From: an uncultured Gemmatimonadales bacterium
GTDB taxonomy: Bacteria; Gemmatimonadota; Gemmatimonadetes; Gemmatimonadales; GWC2-71-9
DNA: 64,000 bases
Direction: 5' to 3'
Assembly: GCA_963842945.1 (NCBI GenBank)
Contig: CAWJIM010000019.1
Coordinates: 544,001-608,000, forward strand
Shown piece after piece: positions 1-9,954 of this stretch; within the stretch, counting starts at the first letter, position 1; every line of letters starts with the position of its first letter. The notes beneath the pieces were generated by a model, which was not told the DNA's origin, did not search any database, and saw only the letters and a program-made list of their open reading frames with translations. Made by a program: the position numbers and the translations under genes.

Positions 1-983
1 TTCAGAGCCTTCGATTGGGAGACGTCACGGACGTAATGGAGCAGGGGAAAGTCGAACAGCTCGTTCGTGGTCTCGATGAACTGCTCAGTGCGATCGAAAA
101 CCTCGGGGTGCATCCGGAAGACGGTCGTGATGTCCACCGCCAAGGGACTGTCCAGGTAGATCGGTATTTGAGGGATCTGATTGGCGCGGAAGAGCCGGTG
201 CAGGCTGTAGATCAGCTCCTGGGCGCGGCCTACCGCAAAGGCCGGAATCAGCAGCTTGCCACCGCGGGACGCGACCCGGCGCACTGCCTCCGCCAGCCGG
301 GTCTCGGCCTGACCGAAGGACTCGTGTTGCCGATCGGCGTAGGTGGATTCGACGATCAGGGTGTCGATCGGCCCGGTGGGAGGCTCAGGATTCCGCACGA
401 TGGGGAGGCCACTGCGGCCAATGTCCCCGGAATACACCAGGCGATGGTTGCCGCCCTCGCTCACCCTCAGATCCACCGTGGCCGACCCGATGATGTGGCC
501 GGCATCGAGAAAGTCGAGTGCCAGGTGCTTGCGCACATGAAACACCCGCCGGTAGGGAACGCCGACCATGAGATCCTGCACGGCGACGGCATCGCGGAGC
601 GAGTAGAGGGGCTCGCTTTCGGGCCCTACCCTGCCCTTTCGTTCCAGGTACTCGTGGTCTTTCTCCTGGATATGGGCGGCATCGGCCAGCATGACTGCGC
701 TGAGGTCTCGGCTGGCCGGGGTGGCGTAGATCGGTCCGTGAAAGCCTTCCTTGACCAGGAGCGGGAGCCGCCCGCTGTGATCGATGTGGGCATGGCTGAG
801 CACCACGGCATCGATCCGGCGGGCATCGAACGGGAGCTGGACGTTCAACCGGTGGCTCTCGGACCGGTGACCCTGAAACAGGCCCCCGTCGAGCAGGATC
901 CTGGCGCCGGTGGCTTCGAGCAGGTGCATCGATCCGGTCACCTGTCCGGCAGCGCCCCAGAAAGTGAGTCGAAGGCTGTTCAT
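1..983 (-). CDS. MBL-fold metallo-hydrolase, beta-CASP/RNA-processing type (runs off window start)
   Basis: Not in the ORF track because it is truncated. Reverse strand from ATG at 983 reads MNSLRLTFWGAAGQVTGSMHLLE...SHAHIDHSGRLP (HxHxDH motif). Confidence 0.85.
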   Translation of the reverse strand, partial: MNSLRLTFWGAAGQVTGSMHLLEATGARILLDGGLFQGHRSESHRLNVQLPFDARRIDAVVLSHAHIDHSGRLPLLVKEGFHGPIYATPASRDLSAVMLADAAHIQEKDHEYLERKGRVGPESEPLYSLRDAVAVQDLMVGVPYRRVFHVRKHLALDFLDAGHIIGSATVDLRVSEGGNHRLVYSGDIGRSGLPIVRNPEPPTGPIDTLIVESTYADRQHESFGQAETRLAEAVRRVASRGGKLLIPAFAVGRAQELIYSLHRLFRANQIPQIPIYLDSPLAVDITTVFRMHPEVFDRTEQFIETTNELFDFPLLHYVRDVSQSKAL

Positions 984-992
984 AGGCGCTGG

Positions 993-1637
993 CTACCTGG
1001 TCCCAAACAGGCGGTCTCCGGCATCGCCCAACCCTGGGAGGATGTATCCCAATTGATTGAGCTCCCGGTCCAGCGCGGCGGCGAATATTGGCACGTCGGG
1101 ATGAGCCTCGAGCATTCGAGAGACGCCTTCAGGTGCCGCCACCAGACTGAGAAAGCGGATCCGGCGGGCTCCCGCCTTCTGGAGAGCGCTGACCGCGGCT
1201 ACCGCTGACCCGCCGGTCGCCAGCATGGGATCCAGCACGAAGAAATCGCGCTCCACCCGGTCGGCCGGGATCTTGAAGTAGTAGTCCACCGGCTGCAGCG
1301 TATCGTGGTCGCGGTAGAGGCCGATGTGCCCCACGCGAGCCGAGGGAATCAACTGGGTAATCCCGTCGACCATGCCCAGGCCCGCCCGGAGGATCGGCAC
1401 CAGCGTCAGCTTCTTCCCCGACACCTGGAGGCCGGTCATGTGCTCGAGAGGAGTCTCGATCTCGACCGGGGAGGTGGCAAGATCCTTGGTGACTTCGTAG
1501 GCCATCAAGGTCGCGATCTCGCTCACCAGCTGCTTGAAGTCGCGGGTGCTGGTGCGCTTGTCCCGAAGAATGGTGAGCTTGTGCTGAATGAGGGGGTGCG
1601 ACAGAACGGTGAGGTTGGGAAAGGATGGCGGCGGCAT
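993..1637 (-). CDS. upp: Uracil phosphoribosyltransferase
   Basis: [32 protein letters not shown] and [16 protein letters not shown] motifs. Start moved to ATG 1637. Confidence 0.95.
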   Translation of the reverse strand: MPPPSFPNLTVLSHPLIQHKLTILRDKRTSTRDFKQLVSEIATLMAYEVTKDLATSPVEIETPLEHMTGLQVSGKKLTLVPILRAGLGMVDGITQLIPSARVGHIGLYRDHDTLQPVDYYFKIPADRVERDFFVLDPMLATGGSAVAAVSALQKAGARRIRFLSLVAAPEGVSRMLEAHPDVPIFAAALDRELNQLGYILPGLGDAGDRLFGTR

Positions 1638-1686
1638 GGCCGGGAAATATGATATTGGTCTGACCCTTGGGCCATAGGAGAGAGCG

Positions 1687-2661
1687 ATGGGTACCATGCG
1701 ACTGGTGGTAGAGGCGTGCGGTGGGGGGTTACCAGTGGAGACCGGCATCGACCAGCTCCGTCGCCTCCTTCCGGACCGGACCAAGCAGTTGTGGCTCGAT
1801 ATCAGCGACCCGGGCGCCGCGGAGGTGGAGCTCCTGCGCGAGGTGTTCGGGTTTCATGAGCTCGCCCTGGAAGACGTGACCCGGCCGCATGAGCGGCCCC
1901 GCTGCGACGCCTATGGCAACTACTACTTCATCGTGGTCTATGGGGCGGAGCACTCGGGGGACGCGTTTATACCCCGGGAGCTGAACCTGTTCTGGGGTGA
2001 GAACTACCTGGTGACCATCCATCGGGGCGCCGCGGCGGTGCTGGGCGTACTGGAGGAGTCTCGCCGCCGGTGGGAGCGCAACGAGCAGCGGCAGACCCAG
2101 GGCGTGTCCTGTCTGGCCTATACCTTCTTCGAGACGTTGGTCGACGGCTACTTCGTGGTTCAGGATCGAATCGCAGCCCGTATTGCCGCAATTGAAGAAT
2201 CGATCTTCGAAGGCCATGAGGCCGCCGCCGCCGATCTGTTCCGGCTGCGGAAGGAGCTGCTCCGGGTGCCGTCGCTGCTGGCTCCGACCAGCCACGTGCT
2301 GGCCGAGGTGCTGCGGCGCGATCGCATGATCCCGGACGGGCTCAAGCCGTATTTCGCCGATGTGCAGGACCACGCGGTCCATGTATTGGCCGAGCTGGAC
2401 AGCCAGCGCGACCTGCTGAGCGCCGCGCTGGATACCCAAGTGTTCTATGCTTTCAACCGGCTGGGCAAGATCATGCAACGATTGACCGCGATCACGCTGA
2501 TCATCCTGGTTCCAAACTTCGTGGCCAGCATTTACGGGATGAACTTCGACCGGATGTTCCCGCCCCGGGAGTGGAATTACAGCTTTCTGGCGGTCAACAT
2601 CTTCCTGCTGATCATGGTGGCGTGGGGGTTCATACATTCGCGGATATTGCGCTGGCTCTGA
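1687..2661 (+). CDS. corA: CorA-family Mg2+/Co2+ transporter
   Basis: [17 protein letters not shown] signature and two C-terminal TM helices. AGGAGA RBS upstream. Confidence 0.9.
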   Translation: MGTMRLVVEACGGGLPVETGIDQLRRLLPDRTKQLWLDISDPGAAEVELLREVFGFHELALEDVTRPHERPRCDAYGNYYFIVVYGAEHSGDAFIPRELNLFWGENYLVTIHRGAAAVLGVLEESRRRWERNEQRQTQGVSCLAYTFFETLVDGYFVVQDRIAARIAAIEESIFEGHEAAAADLFRLRKELLRVPSLLAPTSHVLAEVLRRDRMIPDGLKPYFADVQDHAVHVLAELDSQRDLLSAALDTQVFYAFNRLGKIMQRLTAITLIILVPNFVASIYGMNFDRMFPPREWNYSFLAVNIFLLIMVAWGFIHSRILRWL

Positions 2662-2706
2662 GCGGCTTGGCTGGCCCCACTCTTACCTTATATTTCCCGC
2701 CCCTGG

Positions 2707-2779
<73 letters not shown>

Positions 2780-3275
2780 TTGCAGTTAGCCCACCTCTCG
2801 ACCCCTCCACCTTTGACCAACCTTTGCCGTTCTGTTCGGATCGCCGGGCGGGGTGTGGATCTTGTGGACAAAGGTGCCTGTGAAGGGAGGAATCGAACCC
2901 CAGGGCTACCCCGCCGAGCCACCCCTCGGCCGGAGCTCGAGCCCCCAGCTGAGGAGCGGGGCAGACAGCTCCGGCCCGCTCACTGCCGGTCGTCCAGGAT
3001 AGCGTCGAGCTTGGCGAGGGCGCCATGCAGTGTTGGGCCGCCGCACAGCTCGCACGTCGGCGTCCCGGCGGTGTGTACTCAAGGCACAGCGAACCGTCAG
3101 ATCCGGAGTCCCGCCTGCGAGTGGTCGCCGCGGCCGACAACGAAAGATCTCGACTGCCATTCAGTGAGCCTGCGCACACTTGGTATCCGGCCACCCCGGC
3201 ATACTGAACCGTGAGCGGGAGCGCGCCCGACCGCAACGCCCCGCTGTAGGCGTAGCTTGGGGGAGGTGTCCGATC

Positions 3276-3767
3276 ATGGAAACGATGCCAACGAGAGATT
3301 CTCAAGGCTCGTGCCTACGATGCCAGGCGCCGCTGACCGAGGGCGCGCGCTACTGCCCCCTCTGCGGCGTGTCGGTGAGCGAGGCGGCGACCGGGGAGTA
3401 TACCCGCTACGACCTGGATCGGTTCTTCAACTATGCCCTGGACATGCTCTGCATCGCCGGGATCGACGGCTATTTCAAACTGGTCAATCCCTCCTTCGAG
3501 CGGGTCTTGGGCTACACCACGGTGGAACTGCTGAAAATCCCCTTCGTCGAGCTAATCCACCCCGAGGACCGGAGCGACACAATCGCGGAGGTGAGCAAGC
3601 TCGCCAACGGTCTCGAGACCATCTGTTTCCAGAATCGCTATCGCTGCAAGGACGGCAGCTACCGGCAGCTTGAGTGGACGTCGTACCCGGAGCCAGCCAC
3701 TGGGCTGATCTACGCGGTGGCCCGGGACGTCACCGAGCGGGACCGGGCGCACGCATACAGTGGCTGA
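3276..3767 (+). CDS. Zinc-ribbon + PAS domain protein
   Basis: CLRC...YCPLCG zinc ribbon, then PAS (DMLCIAGIDGYFKLVNPSFERVLGY...IHPED...YAVARDVTER). GGGAGG RBS. Confidence 0.8.
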   Translation: METMPTRDSQGSCLRCQAPLTEGARYCPLCGVSVSEAATGEYTRYDLDRFFNYALDMLCIAGIDGYFKLVNPSFERVLGYTTVELLKIPFVELIHPEDRSDTIAEVSKLANGLETICFQNRYRCKDGSYRQLEWTSYPEPATGLIYAVARDVTERDRAHAYSG

Positions 3768-3853
3768 GGGGCGGAAGAGCGCGCGTGCCCGAGCCAACCT
3801 GTGCCGAGCGGCCCCTCTGGCACATATTGTCGCTGGCCTCCAGTTTAGAGGGG

Positions 3854-4108
3854 ATGGGAAACGACACCTTCCGCTGCCCGCAGTGCCAGCGCGAGCTACC
3901 GTACGCGAATGACACCTACAACCCCGAGACGCAGACCTGCCGGGCCTGCGGTCGGGGCGAGACGCCAAGTGTGCAGGAGGCGCAAGCGGATGCCAAGAGC
4001 GCCGCTGAGGTGGTGGAGACGGACGCCGAGATCATGCCTGGTGATGTCGGCCGGGCTCGCTGGACTCAGCCCGCCCAAGAGGAAGTCCCAGCTCCCAAAG
4101 TGTCCTAA
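3854..4108 (+). CDS. Small CxxC/CxxC zinc-ribbon hypothetical protein
   Basis: MGNDTFRCPQC...TCRACG. GAGGGG RBS before ATG 3854. Confidence 0.55.
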   Translation: MGNDTFRCPQCQRELPYANDTYNPETQTCRACGRGETPSVQEAQADAKSAAEVVETDAEIMPGDVGRARWTQPAQEEVPAPKVS

Positions 4109-4799
4109 TCGATTACCCTCCGATCGGCCGCCGGGGCCATCTGTGGTTCTCCGTTCCCTGTTTATTCGCCGCGTCCCGCTAGGACGCGGCGGGACCAAGG
4201 TTGGTGCCAGTGGCAAAGCAGTAGGGCGCCGAAAGCTCACGAACGAGCACAGACGCCTCCTACCCCCCGCGGCGGAACGTGGTCCACCAGCGCTCTCGCA
4301 CGAACAGTCTGTCCGGTCAGCCACCAGCCAGGTGGGGACGACATTTCCCTCACGCCAGATTTTTATTTTTGGAACGGGGACTCCTGCCCGCATTTTGTCA
4401 GCGGACAAGCTCGCACCCTCATGACCCGGTCTTCTTCACAGCGACCGGCCGATTTTCGTGAAGGGGGGTCAAACCTCAGGGCGGGTGCCGCTGTGAACGG
4501 CGGTACTGGTGACCGGGATCGGGCGGTCTCCCTGCTTCGCGCCAGCCCTTTCTCCGAGGCGAGAGACTTGCTGACATTCCCCGATCCGGCACTCACGGCG
4601 CTGCGCGGCTACCCTCCCCTGCGAGGCGCTCCTGCGGCCGAGGGGTTGAGATCGCCCCCATCTTCTTTCCATACACCTCAGACCTCGCGCGGAGGCGAAA
4701 GGGTAATGCCGGTGGCGCTGGCCCGAGCACGCCAGCAGATTTCGGAGCCCTCCCATCCAGTAGGTCCACGCGGTGGACACGACAAAAATCGGTCGCCGT

Positions 4800-5140
4800 T
4801 CGGCGGTGCTGACCGACCGCTACGTCATCGAGCGCGAGCTCGGCCGGGGCCGGAATGGCCACCGTCTACCTCGCGCGTGACATGCGGCACGACCGACACG
4901 TCGCTCGCAGGTGCTGCTTCCCGAGCTCGGCGCGATCGTCGGCCCTGGTTCCTGAGCGAGATCAGAGCTGTTCGACGATCACTTCAAGGTCGGCGTCCTT
5001 CGCTCACGGTACGTGCTTCCGCACGGCGAAGGGTTCGTCGTGCTGCCACCGGAGGTCGAGTCCAGGAGGTGGTGGCGCTCAACTGGCTCGAGGTGCGGTC
5101 GCGGATGGATCCGCGCACTGCGGGCCGAACTCGTGACTGA
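4800..5140 (+). pseudogene. Internally deleted remnant of a Ser/Thr kinase + beta-propeller gene
   Basis: Frameshifted DRYVIERELGRG/MATVYLARDMRHDRHVA...FLSEIR is joined almost directly to VLPHGEGFVVL...EVVALNWLEVR, which resembles the C-terminal tail of the kinase at 6494-9164. Confidence 0.7.
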
Positions 5141-5162
5141 TGACGGTAAGGAGGGGGTAACC

Positions 5163-6095
5163 ATGACACCTGCCCAGGCGCGGACCGTCGCCGTCCCCCC
5201 GTCCACCAAGGCCAGTAAGGCCGGCCGCAAGCCTCGGGACGACCAGCTCGACCTGTTCGGTCTCACTCACCCAGGTCGGGTCCGTGCGGAGAATCAGGAT
5301 CACTTCCTCGTGTGTACCGTGCACCCGGAAGTCGTCATCCATGGGACGAGCCTGCCCGCGCCCGACCAGTTGCCGCTCCGGGGTGAGCGGCTGGCCACGC
5401 TACTGCTGGTGGCAGACGGGGTCGGGGGCGGCAGCGCCGGCGCCGAGGCGAGTCAGCTCGCGACCGAGGCGATCACCAAGTACGTCGCCTCGACCCTCCG
5501 ATGCTATCACACCGCCGGATCGGCCGCCGAGCACGAGTTCTTCGACGCGCTCCGCGCCGCGGCCCTGGAGGCCCACGACACAGTGCGCGCCGAAGCAGCC
5601 GCACAGGGCGCCGTCCCGGGGCCCGGCGGCGGCAGCGGGATGGCGACCACCCTCACGCTCGCGATCGCGGTGTGGCCGTGGCTCTACGTCGTCCAGGTCG
5701 GTGACAGCCGCTGCTATGAGTTTTCGCGCGGGATCCTGCGACAGGTCACCCGCGACCAGACGATGGCGCAGGAGCTGGTTGACCGCGGCGTCCTACAGCC
5801 CGAGCAGGCGGCGACGTCACCCCTCGGCTCCGTGCTGGCGAGCTCGATCGGCGGCAGGGAAGCCGTGCCCGAGGTGACGCGCCTGGATATCCGCCGGCGG
5901 GGGGCCGTGGTACTGCTCTGCAGCGATGGCTTGACGCGACACGTGTCGGACGAGGAGATCGGCCGGCAACTGAGGGCGATCGAATCCTCCGAGCAGGTGT
6001 GCCGTGCCCTGCTCGACCTGGCTCTCGAGCGCGGAGGCAGCGACAACATCACCGTCGTAGTGGGCCGGGCAAGGCCGGAAGAGCGAGGCACGTAG
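5163..6095 (+). CDS. PP2C-family Ser/Thr protein phosphatase
   Basis: THPGRVRAENQD, VADGVGG, GMATT, VGDSRCY, LLCSDGL and GGSDNITV motifs. Confidence 0.93.
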   Translation: MTPAQARTVAVPPSTKASKAGRKPRDDQLDLFGLTHPGRVRAENQDHFLVCTVHPEVVIHGTSLPAPDQLPLRGERLATLLLVADGVGGGSAGAEASQLATEAITKYVASTLRCYHTAGSAAEHEFFDALRAAALEAHDTVRAEAAAQGAVPGPGGGSGMATTLTLAIAVWPWLYVVQVGDSRCYEFSRGILRQVTRDQTMAQELVDRGVLQPEQAATSPLGSVLASSIGGREAVPEVTRLDIRRRGAVVLLCSDGLTRHVSDEEIGRQLRAIESSEQVCRALLDLALERGGSDNITVVVGRARPEERGT

Positions 6096-6109
6096 CCGGG
6101 CGGATGCCG

Positions 6110-6260
6110 ATGACCGACGACCTCGATCGACTGCAGGCCGCCCTGGCCGACCGCTACCTGCTCGAGCGCGAGCTCGGCCGCGGCGGCATGGCCACGGTCT
6201 ACCTCGCGCGGGACCTCCGGCACGAGCGGAAGGTCGCAAGCAAGGTGCTGCGCGTCGAGC
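6110..6260 (+). pseudogene. Ser/Thr kinase N-terminal fragment
   Basis: MTDDLDRLQAALADRYLLERELGRGGMATVYLARDLRHERKVASKVL, then kinase similarity stops. Confidence 0.8.
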
Positions 6261-6480
6261 GTGACGATCGCCAATCGCGAGGTCCTCATCGGCGGGGAGT
6301 GGGCGACTGAGCTTGCTACGTTCGAATGGGGTCTGGTACCGGTGGGGGGGTGGACCGGCCGTCGTCGACCGGGGCAGCTACGTTCAGGTCTGGCACCATG
6401 GGCCAGATGGACGATGGCTCTTCGCCCGCGAGATATGGAACAGCGCGACCCGGCCCATGACTGCGTCGAAGGAGCCGTGA
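6261..6480 (+). pseudogene. C-terminal fragment of an NTF2-like/DUF4440-type protein
   Basis: EVLIGGEWATELATFEW...(frameshift in a G run)...DRGSYVQVWHHGPDGRWLFAREIWNS, stop at 6478-6480. Confidence 0.55.
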
Positions 6481-6493
6481 GGTCGGGCCCCTC

Positions 6494-9164
6494 TCAGCGC
6501 CCGGGAGCCCGTTGCTGTAGCAGCCCGGTCCAGTGCTGCAGGTACACGAACTGCGACAGCCTACCCTGCCGCACCATGACGAAGCCCTTCCCGTCCGGCA
6601 TCACGTCGTAGTTCGCGTGCGGGACCGCGGGCTCGAAATCCGTCACGGCAAAGAGCGGCGTGCGTGAGATCACCCGGGGAGAGGGCGTGGTCTCGATCCG
6701 CGCCGCAATCAGCTGCGGCTCACCCGGGCCGAGGCTCCGGTAGAACAGCTCGCGTCCATCGCGAGACCAGAGCGGCTCGCTGCCGCCGTCCTGCGACACC
6801 AGCAGCTTGCCGGCTGTGCCATCGAGCGCCCTGAGGTAGACATCCGAGCGATTCGCCTCGTTGGAGACGTACGCCAGCCAGCGGCCGTTGGGCGACAGGG
6901 CAGGATAGCCCTCGTCATACGGCGTCGCCGCGAGCGGCTTCGGCTTCCCTCCGCCGCTCAGCGGCACCGTGACGATGTCACCCGGCCCGGTGATCGGGAG
7001 CACCACCGCGAGGCCGGTACGGCCATCGGGCGTCACGGCGTGCACAGTGATCTGTGCCCCCTCGAAGTACACCGAGTCGGCAGGGCGACTGCCGTCCACG
7101 GGTGCGCGCACGATGCCGGTATGTGCGCCATGAATCTCGGCATAGATCAGCTCCCTCCCGTTCGGGAGCCACGTCGGATCGTGGCCGGAGTTCTGGAAGG
7201 TGGCGCGGGACAGCGTGCGATCGGTCAGGTCGAGCACCCACACGTCGCGCGTCTCCGCCGCGAAGTCCAGGGCCACGCGGCGGCCGTCGGGCGAGACCCG
7301 CGGACTGTGATAGGAGCGCGGCTGGTCGAGCAGCGGCGTGACCCGTCCGTCCCGAGTCACGGTCACCAGGGTGAGCGGTTGCGCCGGCACATACGCCAGC
7401 GCTGTGCGTCCCGCCTGCGCAATCTTGGGACGTGATCCCCGAGTCTGCTGCACGGTGATGCCGAGGGACTGCACCGGGCCGGTGATGCGGGCCTTCCCCG
7501 GGTCGAAGGTGGCGGCATACACGACCCCGCCGGCCTGGCACCAGACGAGGTGGCCGTCGCTGTAGGCGGCCCAGGCGATAACGCCGAGGGGAAGAGGCAC
7601 CCGGCCGCCATTGCGAGGATCGACCGCGACGAGGTTTCCCTGAGCATAAGCCGTGGTCCCGATGGCAAGAATGCGCCCGCCCGGGAGCACCTGCATGACA
7701 TCGAGGCTTCCTTCTCCCTTGGTCGAGTCGGGCAGGGCGATGGGCTGCACCGTGCCGTCGTTCTTCAGCCGAGCCAGTGCGCCCGATTCGGTCGTCACCA
7801 CGAACTCGTCGTTTCCCGCCCAGCGCATCGCCGTCAGTCTGGGATCGCCCGGGATGGCGGTGGCGGCTCCGCCCGTGCTGGGAATGCGCTTCAGATGACC
7901 CTGCTGCAGAAATGCGAGGTACCCGCCGTCAGGAGAGAACACCGCGCAGCAACCGTTCTCGGTGCCGGCCAGCGGCACCGGCGTGAGCTGATCGAGCGCC
8001 CGCACGTACACCTGCGATACGCCGCCCGGACCCTCGGCGGTGTAGGCGAGGAGATCGCCGCTGGGCGAGACGGCGGCGAGGGGATCCACCAGCGCGAGCT
8101 GCTGCTCGGCAGGCAGCGTGATCCCCAAGCGGGCCGGCGGTACCGCCGGCGCCGCGGAGCGACCGAGGACGTAGGTCCCGGCGCCAACGAGCGCCAGCGC
8201 CAGGACTGACAGGACAACGCCGGTGAGGAGGCTCGTCGGCTTCGCGCGACGGGTGAGATGGTCCGGTCCCGCAGTCGTGGGACGAGGCACCGTCACCGCC
8301 CCACCACTCAGCGCAGACGCGAACTCCGCGGCCGTAGCAAAGCGGTCGGCAGGAAGCTTCTCCAGCGCCGTCAGCACCGCGGCCTCGACCTGCGGCGGGA
8401 TGGTGTGGCGCTGGGGAACGAGCGGGCCGCGGGGTCTCGGTAACCACCCGGGCCACGATCGCCTGCGCCGTGCTACCGGTGAAGGGCGGCTCGCCGGTGA
8501 GCATCTCGTAGAGCACGGCGCCGAGGGCGTAGACGTCGGAGCGGGCGGTGATCTCCCGCTCGCCCATCGCCTGCTCGGGACTCATGTAGTGCGGGGTGCC
8601 GAGCGACATACCGGTCTCGGTCATCCGGGTGTCGCTCGCCTTGCTCGCCGCCAGCGCGATTCCGAAGTCGGCCACCAGCGCCCGGCCGTCGTGCAGGAGG
8701 ATGTTCTCGGGCTTGATGTCCCGGTGAACGACCTCATGGCGATGCGCATAGTCGAGCGCCGAAGCCACCTCCGAGGCGATGCGGACCGCATCGGGCACGG
8801 GGAGCTGCTTCTCCCGGCGCAGGCGGTCGCGCAGTGACTCCCCCTCCACGAAGGGCATGACGTAGAAGAGGCAGCCGTCCGCCTCGCCCGAATCGAACAG
8901 CGGCAGGATATGCGGATGCTGGAGATTGGCGGTGAGCTTGATCTCGGCGAGGAACCGTTCTGCCCCGATGATGGCGGACAGCTCGGGCCGCATGAGCTTG
9001 AGGGCGACCCTGCGGTCGTGGCGGAGGTCGTGCGCGAGGTAGACCGTGGCCATTCCTCCGGCCCCGATCTCGCGCTCGATCCTATACCGATCCGCGAGCG
9101 CGCTCTGAAGGCGGCTGAGGAGTTCGGGCGTGGTTGTCTCCGGCTGTAGAGAAAGATGCACCAA
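6494..9164 (-). CDS. Ser/Thr protein kinase with TM helix and TolB/PD40-like beta-propeller (frameshift near 8430)
   Basis: ORF 7929-9164 has the kinase motifs GAGGMATVY, HRDIKPEN, DFG and GTPHYMSPEQ. ORF 6494-8377 continues with SPDG/SPNG propeller repeats. Start uncertain. Confidence 0.9.
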
Positions 9165-9726
9165 GATGGCCTGGATTACCGTGGCCAGCTAGCTCGTGGT
9201 ACGAGGGCCGGCCGGCTTCGGGTGTCATCGGAGCCTCCCTGGACTGCAGTGAGAGACTGGTCGATCACCGTGGGTATCGATGGCGGCTGAGTTCCGCGTG
9301 CGCGAGAAGCCGGTGCGTGACACTGAGCCCGGAGATAGCCCTCTCTTCACTCGGTGGTAGTCCCGGTGGAAGTTGGTGACCCAGGCATACGCCGTTCCCC
9401 TCTTCCCTGCTCTGCTCGAGCCACCGATTCCCACGCCCCCATGGTCGCTGCCCATGGCTCCTCGACCATCTTCCGTCGGGCCGTGACGAAGTTGTAGAGG
9501 TTTAGGCTCTTGAGGTGTGGGCCGAGCGGCGGCGATGGTGAGGGTATGGAACGCGGGCGCCGAACAGGGGTGTCAGCGGCGGCCCCCACGGTAGGCCTTG
9601 ACGTCCGACGTCACTGCGACGTCATTCGCCGTCCACCCGCGTCCGATGGTGACCGATAGACGAGTCGCGCAAACGCTTGCCGTCCAGCGCTGGACACTCG
9701 TGGAAAGCAAGCCGGCACGAATCTTC

Positions 9727-9774
9727 AGGATCCTGTCCCGCAAGGGGTCCGGGTTCGACTCCCGGCGTTCGCAT
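9727..9774 (+). repeat. tRNA-Leu 3'-half copy 1 (att-like site)
   Basis: AGGATCCTGTCCCGCAAGGGGTCCGGGTTCGACTCCCGGCGTTCGCAT: 3' anticodon stem, long variable arm, T-arm, acceptor strand and discriminator A. No 5' half upstream. Confidence 0.9.
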
Positions 9775-9783
9775 CCAACGACT

Positions 9784-9811
9784 TAGGGCCTCTCGATCGA
9801 GAGGCCCTTTT
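9784..9811 (+). terminator. Intrinsic terminator-like hairpin
   Basis: AGGGCCTCTCG-AT-CGAGAGGCCCT followed by TTT. Confidence 0.7.
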
Positions 9812-9954
9812 CTCGGGATGTCACTTCGGATGTCAGTCATTTCGGTAAGGAGTAATGCGGCGTATAGGTGTCATCGAGACGCTCAGGAGGCGTTCGTCGT
9901 TGGCGATCCATGCTCGGTCACCCCACATTGCAGTATTCCCATCCAGGCAGTGAC

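Noticed and set aside
15..1208. 397-aa plus-strand ORF and other long antisense ORFs (e.g. 27117-28358, 29055-30416, 39948-42278, 55180-57588, 61815-63926)
   Set aside because: Shadow frames of real high-GC genes on the opposite strand; no recognisable motifs.
3818..3833. Sigma54 promoter TGGCACATATTGTCGC
   Set aside because: GG-to-GC spacing is off by one from the strict -24/-12 rule.
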